Of a stretch of DNA of 64,000 nucleotides, positions 37,149 to 48,700 are shown in pieces. Numbering within the stretch: the stretch's first letter is position 1; every line of letters starts with the position of its first letter. This DNA is from a virus (lineage: Duplodnaviria; Caudoviricetes): positions 1 through 64,000 of the IMG/VR virus record IMGVR_UViG_2852055501_000011; one strand, 5' to 3'. The notes under the pieces are model-generated. The model did not search any database. It worked only from the letters and a program-made list of their open reading frames with translations, and was not told the DNA's origin. Position numbers and translations under genes: made by a program.

Positions 37149-37177
37149 CTGACCTATCTTGACAGGAATGGTAAACT
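37149..37177 (+). promoter_or_regulatory. Probable gtr promoter
   Basis: CTGACC-N17-TAAACT with extended -10 TG. Confidence 0.45.
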
Positions 37178-37209
37178 CACGCATAAATTTTCGTTATGCA
37201 TGAGACAAA

Positions 37210-37572
37210 ATGATTCAGTTGTTTTATAAATACTTCTCTGTTGGTGTTATCAACACCCTGCTCCATTGGGCTGTCTTTGCCGTACTGGTCTACTTAGCCA
37301 GCACAACACAGGCGACAGCTAACCTGATTGCGTTCATTGTCGCTGTCACCTTCTCGTTTTTTGCCAACGCAAAGTTCACTTTCAAGAAAAAGGCTACCGG
37401 TGGCCGCTATGTAGCCTTTGTAGGGTTCATGGGTGTGCTTAGTTACCTGACCGGCTTCATCGCGGATAAAGTCAATGCCGCACCTATTATCACCTTGGTG
37501 GCGTTTTCAGCTATCAGCCTGGTGCTCGGATTTCTTTACTCAAAATTATTTGTTTTTAAAGGCATGGAATAA
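37210..37572 (+). CDS. gtrA: Bactoprenol-glucose translocase GtrA
   Basis: 120 aa with four TM segments; [25 protein letters not shown]. Confidence 0.95.
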   Translation: MIQLFYKYFSVGVINTLLHWAVFAVLVYLASTTQATANLIAFIVAVTFSFFANAKFTFKKKATGGRYVAFVGFMGVLSYLTGFIADKVNAAPIITLVAFSAISLVLGFLYSKLFVFKGME

Positions 37573-38486
37573 TGAAAATATCATTAGTCGTCCCGGTATT
37601 TAATGAAGAAGAAGCAATACCTATCTTCTACAAAACTGTCCGTGAAAATGAAGAACTAAAAAAGCATGAAGTCGAAATCATCTTCATCAATGACGGCAGC
37701 AAGGACTCAACAGAAAGTATCATCAATGCACTGGCTATTGCAGACAGCCTGGTTAAGCCACTGAGCTTCACGCGTAACTTTGGCAAAGAACCCGCTCTGT
37801 TTGCTGGCCTTGACCACGCTACTGGCGATGCAGTTATTCCTATTGATGTTGACCTGCAAGACCCTATCGATGTTATCCCTGTTCTCATTGAGAAATGGCA
37901 GGAAGGCGCTGACGTTGTTCTGGCAAAACGCACAGACCGATCAACCGATGGGTGGTTAAAACGTAAAACCGCCGAGTGGTTCTATAAGCTGCACAATAAA
38001 ATCAGCACACCGAAAATCGAAGAAAATGTTGGTGATTTCCGGCTGATGTCACGCGAAACGGTAGAAAACATCAAGCTGCTGCCAGAGCGTAACCTGTTCA
38101 TGAAAGGTGTTCTGTCATGGGTCGGCGGTAACGTTGATATTGTGGAATACACCCGCGCCGAACGATCAGCAGGTGAATCGAAATTTAATGGCTGGAAGCT
38201 GTGGAATCTCGCACTTGAAGGCATCACCAGCTTCTCCACTTTCCCGCTCCGTATGTGGACATACATCGGCCTGTTTGTTGCCGCGCTGTCATTTGTGTAC
38301 GGAGGATGGATGATCATCGATAAACTCATATGGGGCAACCCTGTGCCTGGATATCCGTCACTGCTTGTGTCTATTTTGTTCCTTGGTGGCATCCAGTTAA
38401 TCGGGATAGGTGTGCTTGGTGAGTATATTGGACGTATTTACACTGAAAGCAAAAAGCGTCCTAAATATTTGTTGAAAAGGAAGTAA
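37572..38486 (+). CDS. gtrB: Bactoprenol glucosyltransferase GtrB (GT2)
   Basis: [26 protein letters not shown] and IDVDLQDP motifs; two C-terminal TM segments. Confidence 0.96.
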   Translation: MKISLVVPVFNEEEAIPIFYKTVRENEELKKHEVEIIFINDGSKDSTESIINALAIADSLVKPLSFTRNFGKEPALFAGLDHATGDAVIPIDVDLQDPIDVIPVLIEKWQEGADVVLAKRTDRSTDGWLKRKTAEWFYKLHNKISTPKIEENVGDFRLMSRETVENIKLLPERNLFMKGVLSWVGGNVDIVEYTRAERSAGESKFNGWKLWNLALEGITSFSTFPLRMWTYIGLFVAALSFVYGGWMIIDKLIWGNPVPGYPSLLVSILFLGGIQLIGIGVLGEYIGRIYTESKKRPKYLLKRK

Positions 38487-38487
38487 G

Positions 38488-39915
38488 ATGATGCAATTCG
38501 CAAAAAACTGTAAAACATCAGCTATTATCTTATGTATGTATATGATACCAATTTTTATATTTGGAACATACTACAGAGATGATAACGGAAGAGTTGTATC
38601 TCAATATTTTGGATGGGATGAGGACGGTCGCCCGCTGACAAACATCATAATTAAATTTTTAAATTTTGGAGGCAGACTTACAGATTTAGCGCCGATGTCG
38701 CAAATACTTTCTATCGTAATATCAGCAATAACATGCGGCATCATTTGCTCTTTTGTCATTAAAAACAATAGATTATCAGTAGTGATATCTACTACATTCC
38801 TATTCTTAAGTCCATTTTATTTACAAAATATTATATATAGGTTCGACGTTGTAACAATGGCAATATCAATTCTATTTGCCGCCATACCATTTTTATTTAT
38901 CAAGATACAGAATATATATGCACACATGCTGATATCATTCATATCGGTGATATGTTTACTATCAACATACCAAGCATCACTTCCGGTTTTTTACTCTCTG
39001 CTGCTACTTTCGTTTGTATTTAATGGTGATGTTAAAATAAACATATGCAGAGCATTATCTGGCGCGGCATCTTTATTTGTATATTACTTCATAATATCAC
39101 CAATGTATGTTGGCGGTGAATATGCAAAATACAGAGCAGAATCAATAGATACAAAATCAGAAAGTGTCATAAATTCGGTGATACTTAATTTTTCAAATCT
39201 ATTTGATAATTTGCATGTTATTATAAATTACAAGTTTTTTGTTATATTCTCTATGGTGCTAGCAGCACTATTAATTAAATCAACATACTATTTAATCAAC
39301 AACAAAAATAATTTAAAAGGATTTATTTTATTTTCATTTTTCTTATTAGCATTTATGTTTTCATTTGGCATATTCTTTTTATTGAAGAAACCAGTCTATG
39401 AACCAAGGGTAATGATTGGAATAAATGCCATCATAATGATGATAAGTATTGCAGCGGTGAGCGGTTGGGATAGAAGGCTGTGCAATGTTTATAGTATTAT
39501 ATCTATCATCCCACCATTATTATTCTTTTTCTCTATGGCAACAAATTATATAAATGCAAGTAATGCATATGTTAAATATGAAGAAGACACCATCCGCTCG
39601 ATGTACTATGACTATAAAAGATTAGATATGTCAGGAGTAGCATACATTGATGGTTACCTATTACCTCCATACATAACAGAGCAGATCTTAAATGAAAAAC
39701 CATTTTTGAGGAATATTGTCGGAAGCCGTATTGGTGGTCTAACATCATATCTCAGTAAATCAGACTTTCCTTTATTTAATTTTTCAGCCAGTGATAAGTC
39801 AATCGACAGCATTGTTTCATGTGGTGAAATATTATCACCGTATAATGGCGTATACACAACAATCAGGATTGATGATAAAAATTATTTTTCATTAAAGGAA
39901 GTAAATTGTAAATAA
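38488..39915 (+). CDS. gtrC: Serotype-specific O-antigen glucosyltransferase (GtrC / GtrII-like)
   Basis: AT-rich polytopic protein; YYRDD..R..GWDEDGRPL, SPFYLQNI.YRFD, YQ and EPRVMIG motifs; third gene of the gtr cassette. Confidence 0.85.
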   Translation: MMQFAKNCKTSAIILCMYMIPIFIFGTYYRDDNGRVVSQYFGWDEDGRPLTNIIIKFLNFGGRLTDLAPMSQILSIVISAITCGIICSFVIKNNRLSVVISTTFLFLSPFYLQNIIYRFDVVTMAISILFAAIPFLFIKIQNIYAHMLISFISVICLLSTYQASLPVFYSLLLLSFVFNGDVKINICRALSGAASLFVYYFIISPMYVGGEYAKYRAESIDTKSESVINSVILNFSNLFDNLHVIINYKFFVIFSMVLAALLIKSTYYLINNKNNLKGFILFSFFLLAFMFSFGIFFLLKKPVYEPRVMIGINAIIMMISIAAVSGWDRRLCNVYSIISIIPPLLFFFSMATNYINASNAYVKYEEDTIRSMYYDYKRLDMSGVAYIDGYLLPPYITEQILNEKPFLRNIVGSRIGGLTSYLSKSDFPLFNFSASDKSIDSIVSCGEILSPYNGVYTTIRIDDKNYFSLKEVNCK

Positions 39916-39917
39916 AT

Positions 39918-39948
39918 AAAACCCGCCGCTTTCTATTGGCGGGTTTTG
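39918..39948. terminator. Bidirectional terminator between gtrC and the tailspike
   Basis: AAAACCCGCC..GGCGGGTTTT. Confidence 0.75.
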
Positions 39949-39955
39949 ATTTAAC

Positions 39956-41923
39956 TTACTGCGTACATATTATCTCTATCCCAAACTCACACCCATTAGG
40001 CATATCAGATGGCCTGACAAGCTCCTGTGATGAGTTGTTTATTATATAGAAAAATGCTTTTCCTGATGATGATGGAGACTGATTATAAAACGGTATTAGC
40101 GTATATTTAAACCCATTTGACTGGTTATAAGACTGCGTAAATATATATGGAGCCCAAGAACCAATACCCTTTTCATATTCAACAACTAATGCAAACGAGT
40201 CACTTTCGCTAACCATTACCGACTTAATACCCATAGGCAAGTAATATGATCTATTAATTATAAATGACCCGTCTTTTTTAAAGATATGACATAACCTCCT
40301 TAATCCTACCGCGTTAACTTCTTGAGATGTATTTTTGGGGATGTAGATATTGCTGAAACCATTAAAATTTATTTCTGACGGTTTTAAATTTGTCTCAATT
40401 CTGTTATCTCGCCCATCAGCCCCCTTAACGTCGACAAGGTACTGACCTTGATTTCCATAATATGAATAGTCCCAAATGTATGAAGTGATATTATTAGCGC
40501 CTGCCCCATCTATCATAAGAGCCCATATACTTGTATCAGTCCATTGCTGAATATAATCTATTTCCAAATTTGCTATCTGAGTATAGTACGCGTACTTCCC
40601 TGATGTTTTTGGTATGCACTTTAAAACAGGCCCATAGTTCCCTTTTATGACCAAATTCTTAAATGTACATGCCGTAATCCAGTTTGTGACAACTTTATAT
40701 TCAAATGCATCTGTTGGCTCATAAACTTCAATGACGAGAGTATACTCCCCCTCTTCAAGATTAAGGTTATCAAAATGACACCAACAGATTGAGTTTTGCT
40801 TTCTGGCAGGGTCATTGGTTCCATCCATGACGTTATTGCAGCGAATTTTTAGAGCTGTTCCACTTCTGTCTGAATAATTTGGAATTAGTCTGACACCATC
40901 AATATTCAAATTACGAAGATTGTTTTTACCCAATACAAGGGCGACGTTATGATTCCATGCTTTCAACGGAGTATCTACTGCAATGCGACCACCGCCTATT
41001 TTTTCAGATTTAAAAAATAGGTTATCCGTTTCAAATACAAACATATCATCACGTAATGTTCTGTTGATTATCTGAGCGCCAGATTTAAACAGAAAATTCT
41101 TTTTGACATTTATTTTTTTGTTACAGTCAAATGAATAGCCAGGAATAACTACTGTCTTGATTCTGGAAATATCCTGCATTGATACAAGAATGCTGCCAAT
41201 GTCAGTATCACGTACAGCGCCAACAGTTCTGATATCAACATCCCCGTAGGTTAACATAGACGCCGTTAACCCATTGCTCAATGCAATATCAATGATGCCA
41301 TTGGCTGCAGCGTTGGTTACTGTATACTCAGCCTCCCCACCATCATTGATCGTGTAATATCCGCGTGTTTTAACCGTTGCCCCAAGTGGCAGTGATGTTT
41401 CCGCTACCATTTCAGCGACATTATCGAAGACGCGAAGGTAGTTTTCAGTCAGGCCACCAACAAAGGTGAACCCGTTATCCGCTTTCAAATCAGTTCTCAG
41501 GTTAGCTCCGCCGATATCAATCCACGCCCCTTTGCCGATACCACCTGTTGATTCGGGAGTTGAGCCAGCCGGAACAACCTTAGGCAAATCACCATCCCAG
41601 CGATAATATTCACCGGTGGTTTCATCACGCAGAATCTGATTACGCTGGGTGATCTCATTGTCTGGCAGTTGCGCACCCTGCTGGAAACTATCAACGGTGA
41701 TGTAACCAGCTGAAATTATTGCCTGATTCATATCGACTTTGAATCGCAAAACAAGCTGGTCGAACATCCACTTCATGCCTTCGATAGTCATATGGCAGCG
41801 GCCAAACCGGTCTTTATATTCGTGTTCCAGCGATGTCACGAACTCGTCAATTTTGCCTGAGTTAAATTTCAGGTCGCGCGGTGCTTCACTCGGTACTGCA
41901 TTTTGAGTAGGGATAGTAGCCAT
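39956..41923 (-). CDS. Tailspike / receptor-binding protein
   Basis: N-terminal MATIPTQNAVPSEAPRDLKFNSGKIDEFVTS and YYRWDGDLPKVVPAGSTP; VKTRGYY..DGG; AT-rich beta-rich C-terminal part. Confidence 0.85.
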   Translation of the reverse strand: MATIPTQNAVPSEAPRDLKFNSGKIDEFVTSLEHEYKDRFGRCHMTIEGMKWMFDQLVLRFKVDMNQAIISAGYITVDSFQQGAQLPDNEITQRNQILRDETTGEYYRWDGDLPKVVPAGSTPESTGGIGKGAWIDIGGANLRTDLKADNGFTFVGGLTENYLRVFDNVAEMVAETSLPLGATVKTRGYYTINDGGEAEYTVTNAAANGIIDIALSNGLTASMLTYGDVDIRTVGAVRDTDIGSILVSMQDISRIKTVVIPGYSFDCNKKINVKKNFLFKSGAQIINRTLRDDMFVFETDNLFFKSEKIGGGRIAVDTPLKAWNHNVALVLGKNNLRNLNIDGVRLIPNYSDRSGTALKIRCNNVMDGTNDPARKQNSICWCHFDNLNLEEGEYTLVIEVYEPTDAFEYKVVTNWITACTFKNLVIKGNYGPVLKCIPKTSGKYAYYTQIANLEIDYIQQWTDTSIWALMIDGAGANNITSYIWDYSYYGNQGQYLVDVKGADGRDNRIETNLKPSEINFNGFSNIYIPKNTSQEVNAVGLRRLCHIFKKDGSFIINRSYYLPMGIKSVMVSESDSFALVVEYEKGIGSWAPYIFTQSYNQSNGFKYTLIPFYNQSPSSSGKAFFYIINNSSQELVRPSDMPNGCEFGIEIICTQ

Positions 41924-41984
41924 GTGCCTTTTCTTCCAATAAAAAAGCCAGCACTGAGGCTGGCTTGTTGGTTTGAGTGTTATG

Positions 41985-44456
41985 TCAGACGTTATAGTCT
42001 GCTTTCGGTGCAAAATACTCGCTTGCGGTGATAGAGAATGTGCCGTCTGCGTCTGGCTTCTTGTCAGAGACTACCCAGCGCATAGCGTCCATTTCAGTGA
42101 TGGTTGATATGATGTACCGTGACGGTGACTGAACATTGTGTCCGTCATAGATATTGAGCTGAATATCAGGGATATCGGCAATAAAGCCTTTATCCGTATC
42201 AGTCCGCGCCCGCGCCGGATATTCTCCGGATGAGTTTCCGAGGTGATCGGTGATGCTCACCACCATGTCACCGGAAAATTCAATACGCTCACTGGTGCTG
42301 AACACATTGCCGTTTCTTCCGGTGATGTGCCCGCCCTGCTGGTTACTGTCGTAGCTGTCTGCCACCAATACCATATCGCCTGGGTACACATAGTCACCGT
42401 CTGCCAGTGTTTGCAGGCTGATGCTTGTCCGCTGGCTTACCAGGCGATCCATTTCCAGCAATGCGCGGTCAATAGCCTGATACTCGTTACGGCATCCGTG
42501 CAGGGTGATTTTGTTCGGACTTTTTGCTGCTCCTTTCACCACTGCACCGTTTTCGATACGGTACTTCAGATAGGTTTTTTTGTTGGTTCGCGGGTTAACG
42601 TATTCAACCTCAACGCCGTCATTCCCGCCCGGCAGCGACATATCGTATGAGATACGAAAGTTATTGCCGGTGATATTTGACCGGTTAAACACCGCTGCCG
42701 GATATTTTCGCTCTTCCTCCCGGGAGAATGTCAGCACGCCGTTGTCAAAGAATGCTGTCACCCGCGCCACGTTGCAGATTGTCTCGATGCGCTGACCGAG
42801 CGATACATCCTCATCATCAAATGTGTAATCGAAGTACCCGAGGCGCTTGTCAGACAGCCCTGCGTAAATCTCATACAGTCCGTGCAGATCGATAGTGTTC
42901 TCCGGCTGCTTGCCGGTAACCAGCCACGTATGCGCCACGGCATCAGCAAATGAGCGTGACGGCCGTTCTGTGTAATCCACTTTACGGCTGACCATGTCAT
43001 AACTGATCACATGCCGAGTCACCAGCGCGTTATATTTGCGCTCACGCGAGCTTGTCGGGTTCTCTGTCGCCCTTACGGTCACACGGACAAGAGTATCGTC
43101 ATTATGCTTCTCATTGAGCCTGCGGCGGATGATGTGGGCCTTCTCCAGTTTCAGGATGCTGTGGTCATTACTGTTTTCCAGTCTGGTTAACTGGAATGCA
43201 TATCGACCGTACCCACCTTGTGGTGTGAATTTCTCCGTTTTGTAATAGTTTTTTGTCTTTGGTGCTGCCGGGAATCCACGGTTATATGATTCCCTGGTGC
43301 CTGGAATTTCCTCGTTGTCGTCGTTTACCTTCCAGAATTCCATTCTGGCATTCGCGTAATCATTCTCGCCAAGCTGGGCGTTTATATGGATCCACAGTTG
43401 CCCGCCTTCCATTGGTGAGAAGAACGGCCCGACTGTCAAATACTGGTTATCATAGAGAATGAACTTCGTGGTATTAACAACAGCATTCGGCGGCAGTGCG
43501 GCAAGGTCATTACCGGAAAGGCTGGTGAAGAAGAACTCGTAATACTTTTTCGGCAACACGATTGATCCGTCATCTGTTTTTTTCGCCTCAGATAGATAAG
43601 CATCAACTTTGATGTCTTTTGTCACGTTACCGGTTGGTGTGCTATACGAAACACTCACGGTCATGGATACTGAGCGTGGTTTGATGATGTCATAGAAATA
43701 ATCGAACTCATCTTGCCTGGCAATTTTAATCATCGCCTCGCCGCCCTTTATCTCACCGGAAATAACCTCATTCGCCGTTGCCTGATACTGCGGTATTTCA
43801 TCACTTTCATTTGGTCCCGGCACTTCCTGCCCGTCAACATCGTGAAATTCAAACCCCTCAAATATCTCAGGGATATTTTCACCGGGCTGAAATATCTGAT
43901 AACTGGCACCATCCAGTGCGGTTAATTCTGATTCCGAGTATTTCACGTTTTCGATATCAAATTTCCCGATACCGAAATTCATCCACTCTGTGACCTTCTT
44001 CTTGTTGTCGATGTACTCAAACAGTGATTGCTGAATCAGATCAGGATATGCCCTCACCTGTCCGTGAATTTCCGGTCGTGCCTGGTATGTTCTGGCGACA
44101 TTGGTTTGCCCGGTGAGCCGGTTGTTCGGACTGTCTTTAACGTTAGCGTCTGCTGATGTGAATGACGGCGTTTTTGGTGCCAAAAAAGAGAAGACCTTCG
44201 ACACCAGTTTGAATATCGGGCTTAACAGGTCTCCAATTGCACCGCCTTTCGGCTGGTCAAATACCTGAATGTGATGAGATTCAGTGACAACAAAATGAAG
44301 GCTGTCACCCTCAGTCAGCTGCACACCATTGACCATGATCACAACGTCGCTGCTGATGCTCTGTTCTTTCAGCCAGTCAAAAAAAAGAGAGCCGGATTTT
44401 ACTTCGACTCTCTCTTTTGGCGTTCCCGGCAGGCGCTGAATTTCAATTACCGGCAT
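41985..44456 (-). CDS. Tail hub / host specificity protein (J-like)
   Basis: 823 aa; SPNNRLTGQTNVAR..RPEIHGQVRAYPDL; follows the NlpC gene. Confidence 0.85.
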   Translation of the reverse strand: MPVIEIQRLPGTPKERVEVKSGSLFFDWLKEQSISSDVVIMVNGVQLTEGDSLHFVVTESHHIQVFDQPKGGAIGDLLSPIFKLVSKVFSFLAPKTPSFTSADANVKDSPNNRLTGQTNVARTYQARPEIHGQVRAYPDLIQQSLFEYIDNKKKVTEWMNFGIGKFDIENVKYSESELTALDGASYQIFQPGENIPEIFEGFEFHDVDGQEVPGPNESDEIPQYQATANEVISGEIKGGEAMIKIARQDEFDYFYDIIKPRSVSMTVSVSYSTPTGNVTKDIKVDAYLSEAKKTDDGSIVLPKKYYEFFFTSLSGNDLAALPPNAVVNTTKFILYDNQYLTVGPFFSPMEGGQLWIHINAQLGENDYANARMEFWKVNDDNEEIPGTRESYNRGFPAAPKTKNYYKTEKFTPQGGYGRYAFQLTRLENSNDHSILKLEKAHIIRRRLNEKHNDDTLVRVTVRATENPTSSRERKYNALVTRHVISYDMVSRKVDYTERPSRSFADAVAHTWLVTGKQPENTIDLHGLYEIYAGLSDKRLGYFDYTFDDEDVSLGQRIETICNVARVTAFFDNGVLTFSREEERKYPAAVFNRSNITGNNFRISYDMSLPGGNDGVEVEYVNPRTNKKTYLKYRIENGAVVKGAAKSPNKITLHGCRNEYQAIDRALLEMDRLVSQRTSISLQTLADGDYVYPGDMVLVADSYDSNQQGGHITGRNGNVFSTSERIEFSGDMVVSITDHLGNSSGEYPARARTDTDKGFIADIPDIQLNIYDGHNVQSPSRYIISTITEMDAMRWVVSDKKPDADGTFSITASEYFAPKADYNV

Positions 44457-44835
44457 AAGTCATAAACTCCACTTTGCTGTAAATCCGCTGAATGGTCAGC
44501 AATCTGTCCAGACGGACGTGTCCGTTATCACCACGGCTGTGCAGAACCATTCCGCCGAGCACAACGCCGACATGAACCGGCACTGAACCGTCATAGGCCA
44601 CAAATATCCCGCCACTTACCGGATGTTCTTCCGGCTTCCAGAAATTCACCTCATTTTGATAACAGGTCATAAAATCACTGTCAGATTCATAACCGCTGTC
44701 GTGATGAATTTCAGCACCAACAACGTGCCGGTAATAGAGCGTTACCAGCCCCCAGCAGTCACACGCAGTAAACGAACATGCCCGGTTAACCCACGGCACC
44801 CCGATCATCCTGTCTGTAAATTCGTCTGTCGTCAT
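44443..44835 (-). CDS. NlpC/P60 tail protein
   Basis: IGVPW..DCWGLV..HVGV..LHS. Confidence 0.88.
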   Translation of the reverse strand: MTTDEFTDRMIGVPWVNRACSFTACDCWGLVTLYYRHVVGAEIHHDSGYESDSDFMTCYQNEVNFWKPEEHPVSGGIFVAYDGSVPVHVGVVLGGMVLHSRGDNGHVRLDRLLTIQRIYSKVEFMTYAGN

Positions 44836-45302
44836 ACAGCCTCCAGCCCCGGCCACTCCTGCGGCTCATAAATGCGTCCGACATTCTTGTTCAGCGGATT
44901 GGTCATCGAAAGTGTCATTGATACCGCTTCCGCGTCCAGTGATACATCCTTTGCAAACAGCTTCCAGCGCACGATTGCCGTACCTTTGTCCGCTTCATCA
45001 AACAGCCGGTAAGTCACCTCGACCGGCACCATCCGTGAATACGACCGCCATGCTTTCAGCTTCTGCTTAAACTCATGCGCTACACGGCTGAATTTTACGC
45101 TTGCGTCGATGATCGGCGTTTTACTTTGCTGACTCTCAGACATCTCAAAGTTACACGGCAGGTATTCAATCCCGCCGAGTGTCTTCGGGAAAATCTGGTG
45201 AGTAATCAGGTAAATATCGCCGAATGATGGGTGTGACAACTGGAGTGTTTCGTACAGGATGCGGTTTGGTCGTTGTGCGCGGAACTCACGCAATGTCGGC
45301 AT
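44832..45302 (-). CDS. Minor tail protein (DUF1833-like)
   Basis: YETLQLSHPSFG..YEPQEWPGL; position. Confidence 0.75.
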   Translation of the reverse strand: MPTLREFRAQRPNRILYETLQLSHPSFGDIYLITHQIFPKTLGGIEYLPCNFEMSESQQSKTPIIDASVKFSRVAHEFKQKLKAWRSYSRMVPVEVTYRLFDEADKGTAIVRWKLFAKDVSLDAEAVSMTLSMTNPLNKNVGRIYEPQEWPGLEAV

Positions 45303-45778
45303 TATCCCTCCTTACACCGCGGCAGTGTTTCAGTGACAATAACATCCAGCCAGCTGCCGAACGGCGGCGGGAACTCAATAATCACATCACCGAATTCATC
45401 ATCATCGTTATGAAGATTTTTACAGATAACCTGACCGGTCCATGTGACTGACGCGCCGTTAACGCTGGTCTGCACAGGATATGGCAAGAAATGTAATTCC
45501 TGCTCCTGTAATCCGCTGCCGCCGATGTCTATTTTCATCCGGAACCACCGGTTACAGTTATCCAGATAATCGGGATGGCGCAGCCACTGAGCAAACGCCC
45601 GCTCCTGCGCCAGCGTGAATATCCAGGTGACATTCCATACCGTTTTCAGGTCATCGGTCAGTTTCTGGAATATCGGTGCGCCGACCTGTGGATGATCTGT
45701 CATGTAACCGGTGTCGATGGTCATGTTTTTATCTGACTTCTGCGCCAGAGGAAGCCAGTCAGGATAGTCGATAATCAT
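45302..45778 (-). CDS. Distal / minor tail protein
   Basis: IDYPDWLPLAQK; first gene after the tape measure gene. Confidence 0.75.
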   Translation of the reverse strand: MIIDYPDWLPLAQKSDKNMTIDTGYMTDHPQVGAPIFQKLTDDLKTVWNVTWIFTLAQERAFAQWLRHPDYLDNCNRWFRMKIDIGGSGLQEQELHFLPYPVQTSVNGASVTWTGQVICKNLHNDDDEFGDVIIEFPPPFGSWLDVIVTETLPRCKEG

Positions 45779-48700
45779 CTCACCCTCGCAGATGCTGTTG
45801 TGTTTCGTGTGATGGCGCTATGCATCGGACCTTTGTTGTCCATGTCAGCGATAAACACATCTATGGTCATGCCGTTACTGTCCTGTCTGGCCTGAGCATC
45901 AATCCTGCTGCCGCCGGATGAATAGTCATTGATATTCACCGTCACCGGCACCTGTCCGCCGCCAATATCACGGTTACTGATAACCTTGCCGTTATCACCT
46001 GGGATCATGTACTGGTTGCCGTTTGACGCTTTGAATATCTCCGGCTTTCCGCCCTCACCAACCCGGTACATTTCACCAGCAGATACAGGGCCACCATCTT
46101 TACGCGCTCCGGCAATCGTCAGTGCTTTCATCCCGATACTGGTTGCTGAGCCGGTCGCCTGTGCCGCAGTATACGCACCGAGACCACTCGCGGATGCCGC
46201 TCCCATCGTTGCTATAGATGCCGCAATAGCCGCCGGAGTCCACGCAGCCAAAGCCGCAGCACCACCGGCAACAGCTGCTGATGCGTTTGCCGCCTGAGTG
46301 GCAACGCCCAATGTCTGGCCGAGGATGAAGTTTTTAGCCATCTCCACGCCGACCTGAACGATAGAGTTGACCACGCTGTTAAGCATGGTATTACCCAGCG
46401 ACCGCGCAGCGTCACTCCAGCTCATGGTTTGTGTGATCAGGCCGGTGATAGCGTTGGACGCATTCCCTGAGAGAGAATCAACCGCCGATGTGAGCATGTC
46501 ATAGCCCAGGCTTTGCTGACTCAGTAACTCCCACTGCGCGGCAAGCTGCTGCTCCTGATACTGTTTATCCTGTGCAGTTTTCAGCGCCAGATACTGTGCG
46601 TCCGTGGCTTGTTTGGCTGCGATATACTGGTCATGGCTGATTTGCCCGTCCTGCTGCGACTGCTTCAGCAACGCCTGCTCTGCCTGATAGTACGACTCCA
46701 TCAGAGCCAGCTTCTGAGCATTTTCGTTAGCCAGTGCCTGAATTGGGTCAATTTTCGCCCGATTCTCAGCGACAATATTCACCTGACCATTTGATGTTTC
46801 TTCTGATATTTTGCGCGAATACTCCGCGTGTATCGCCGCCCTACGTTGCTGATATTGCTCTTCGGTAACCAACTTACCTTTCAGTTGTCGCTCAAGTTGC
46901 TCCTGAGCCAGTTTCATATCCTGATCGGCTTTCACCCTAGGATTCTGCTCAAAGGCATCTTTCCGGTCTTTTATCTTCTGAGTGAGGTCGTACTCCTTAC
47001 CGGCAAGTTCAGTTATTTCGGCTATCTGTGCTGCATTAGCCTTTGACCCAAGCTTCTGCACTGCCTCAAGGATTGCTGCCTCACGGGAAAGCCCTTTAGT
47101 TTCCAACTCTGCAACCTTCGTCGCATTAGCCAGGTCAGTTATCTTCTGTTTGAGCTTTTCGGCTTCTGTGGCTTCTTTTGCTGCTGCGCTGGCTGCTGCT
47201 TTCGATGTACGAACTGTTTCCTTTTTGGCATCAGCAAGATCATAACTTCTGGCTGCTTCATTCTCTATTTGCTGCATTTGAGTCGAGTCAGCCTTAACTC
47301 CTGCTTCTTCAGCTTTCTGCTTTGCGGTGGCGATAGCCCTCTGACGATCATCTGTTATTGCCAGGAGCTCATTTTGCTTGCGAAGATTTTCCAGTAACTT
47401 ATCGCCATCCTGACTGCGCTCAACAGTCAATGATGTTGCGTTAAATCTCTGCTTTGCCCTTGTGGCGTCTTCAAGGTTTAACCCGTACGCTTTAAGGGCC
47501 GCGCTGGCATTCGGCAACACAGAGCCGGATTGAGCCTTGAGGAGATCAGCGCCTTGCAGTAATTCACCGTTGAGCTTCGCCTGCATCAGCCCTGTTGAGT
47601 TTAATGTACGCGAATACTCAGTTGTTTTTGTATCTAATTCAGCCTGCTTTATCTTTATTTCATTGAGTATTTTGGCTCTGTCACTTTCCGCCCCGGCAAG
47701 GCTGTAGTTCCTTTCACCTGCTTTTTTGTACCTCTCATTCAGGCTGTCTATTTCGCTGCCAAGCTCTTTAATTTCATCTTTTTGAGTAGACATATGCTGG
47801 GTGGCTTTCGCTATCATTCCCTCAAGCTGGACGCGGTTCATGCTCTGCATTTTTTCCGTCAGTCCCTCAAGCTCATCAGCAAACTTTGATGCCTCCTGTC
47901 TGGCCTCTTCCGTTTTCTGGAAAAAGTAATAAACCGCAGCACCTGCCAACATGGCGGCACCTGCCGGTCCACCTATCGGTGCAAGCAACCAGTTCATGGC
48001 TTTCAGTGCATTAGCCATCGTCAAACCAGTAGCGGCCACCCTAGCCTGAGATGCGCTCAGTGTATTGTTAGCCTGCGCTGCAATGATGGCTGCATTGCTG
48101 TACGCCGTTTTCAACCTTGTAACGTTAGCCAGCGCTGTGGCCTCTGCCGCCGACCCTCTGGCGACCTGATATTCTGCCCTGGCAAGATTTAGCGCTGACA
48201 TTGCCGCGTCTCTGTCTGCCACTGTTTTTCTAACAAGCACAGCTGCCGCGTCACGTTCAGCTACTGCCGCCTGTCTTGATGCGGACGCACTAGCCATTGT
48301 GTCGCGAGCTTTTTTAACTTGCGCAGCACCAGCCAGAGCCAGTGCACCGGCGTACCTTGAACCAATAACCCCGGCGGCAATAACCAGAATATTTGTCAGG
48401 TAATCAAGGTTTTCACTTACCATCACCACTGAGTCATTAAACCCGCCGATGAACGACTGAACAGTCGATGAGTTACCGAAAAACTTAGTGATGTTATTAC
48501 CAGCCTCCTGTAATGCCTGAGACATGGTCTGAGTAGTTTTCGAAAATTCCTCGCCAATGGCTGCGCCCTGCGACAAAAGTCCGTTAACTACCACGTCAGT
48601 GGTCAGCTTTCCTTCTGCGGCCATTGCGCGTAACTGACCGATGCTGACCCCCATTGAATCAGCTAGAGCGACCATCAACCGACTTCCCTGTTCAGAAACT

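Noticed and set aside
39956-42013. Extended N-termini given by the ORF track (tailspike 42013, capsid 57301, protease 59222, ant 51806, holE 36764)
   Set aside because: Downstream ATGs fit family N-termini better and mostly avoid overlaps with neighbouring genes or att sequence
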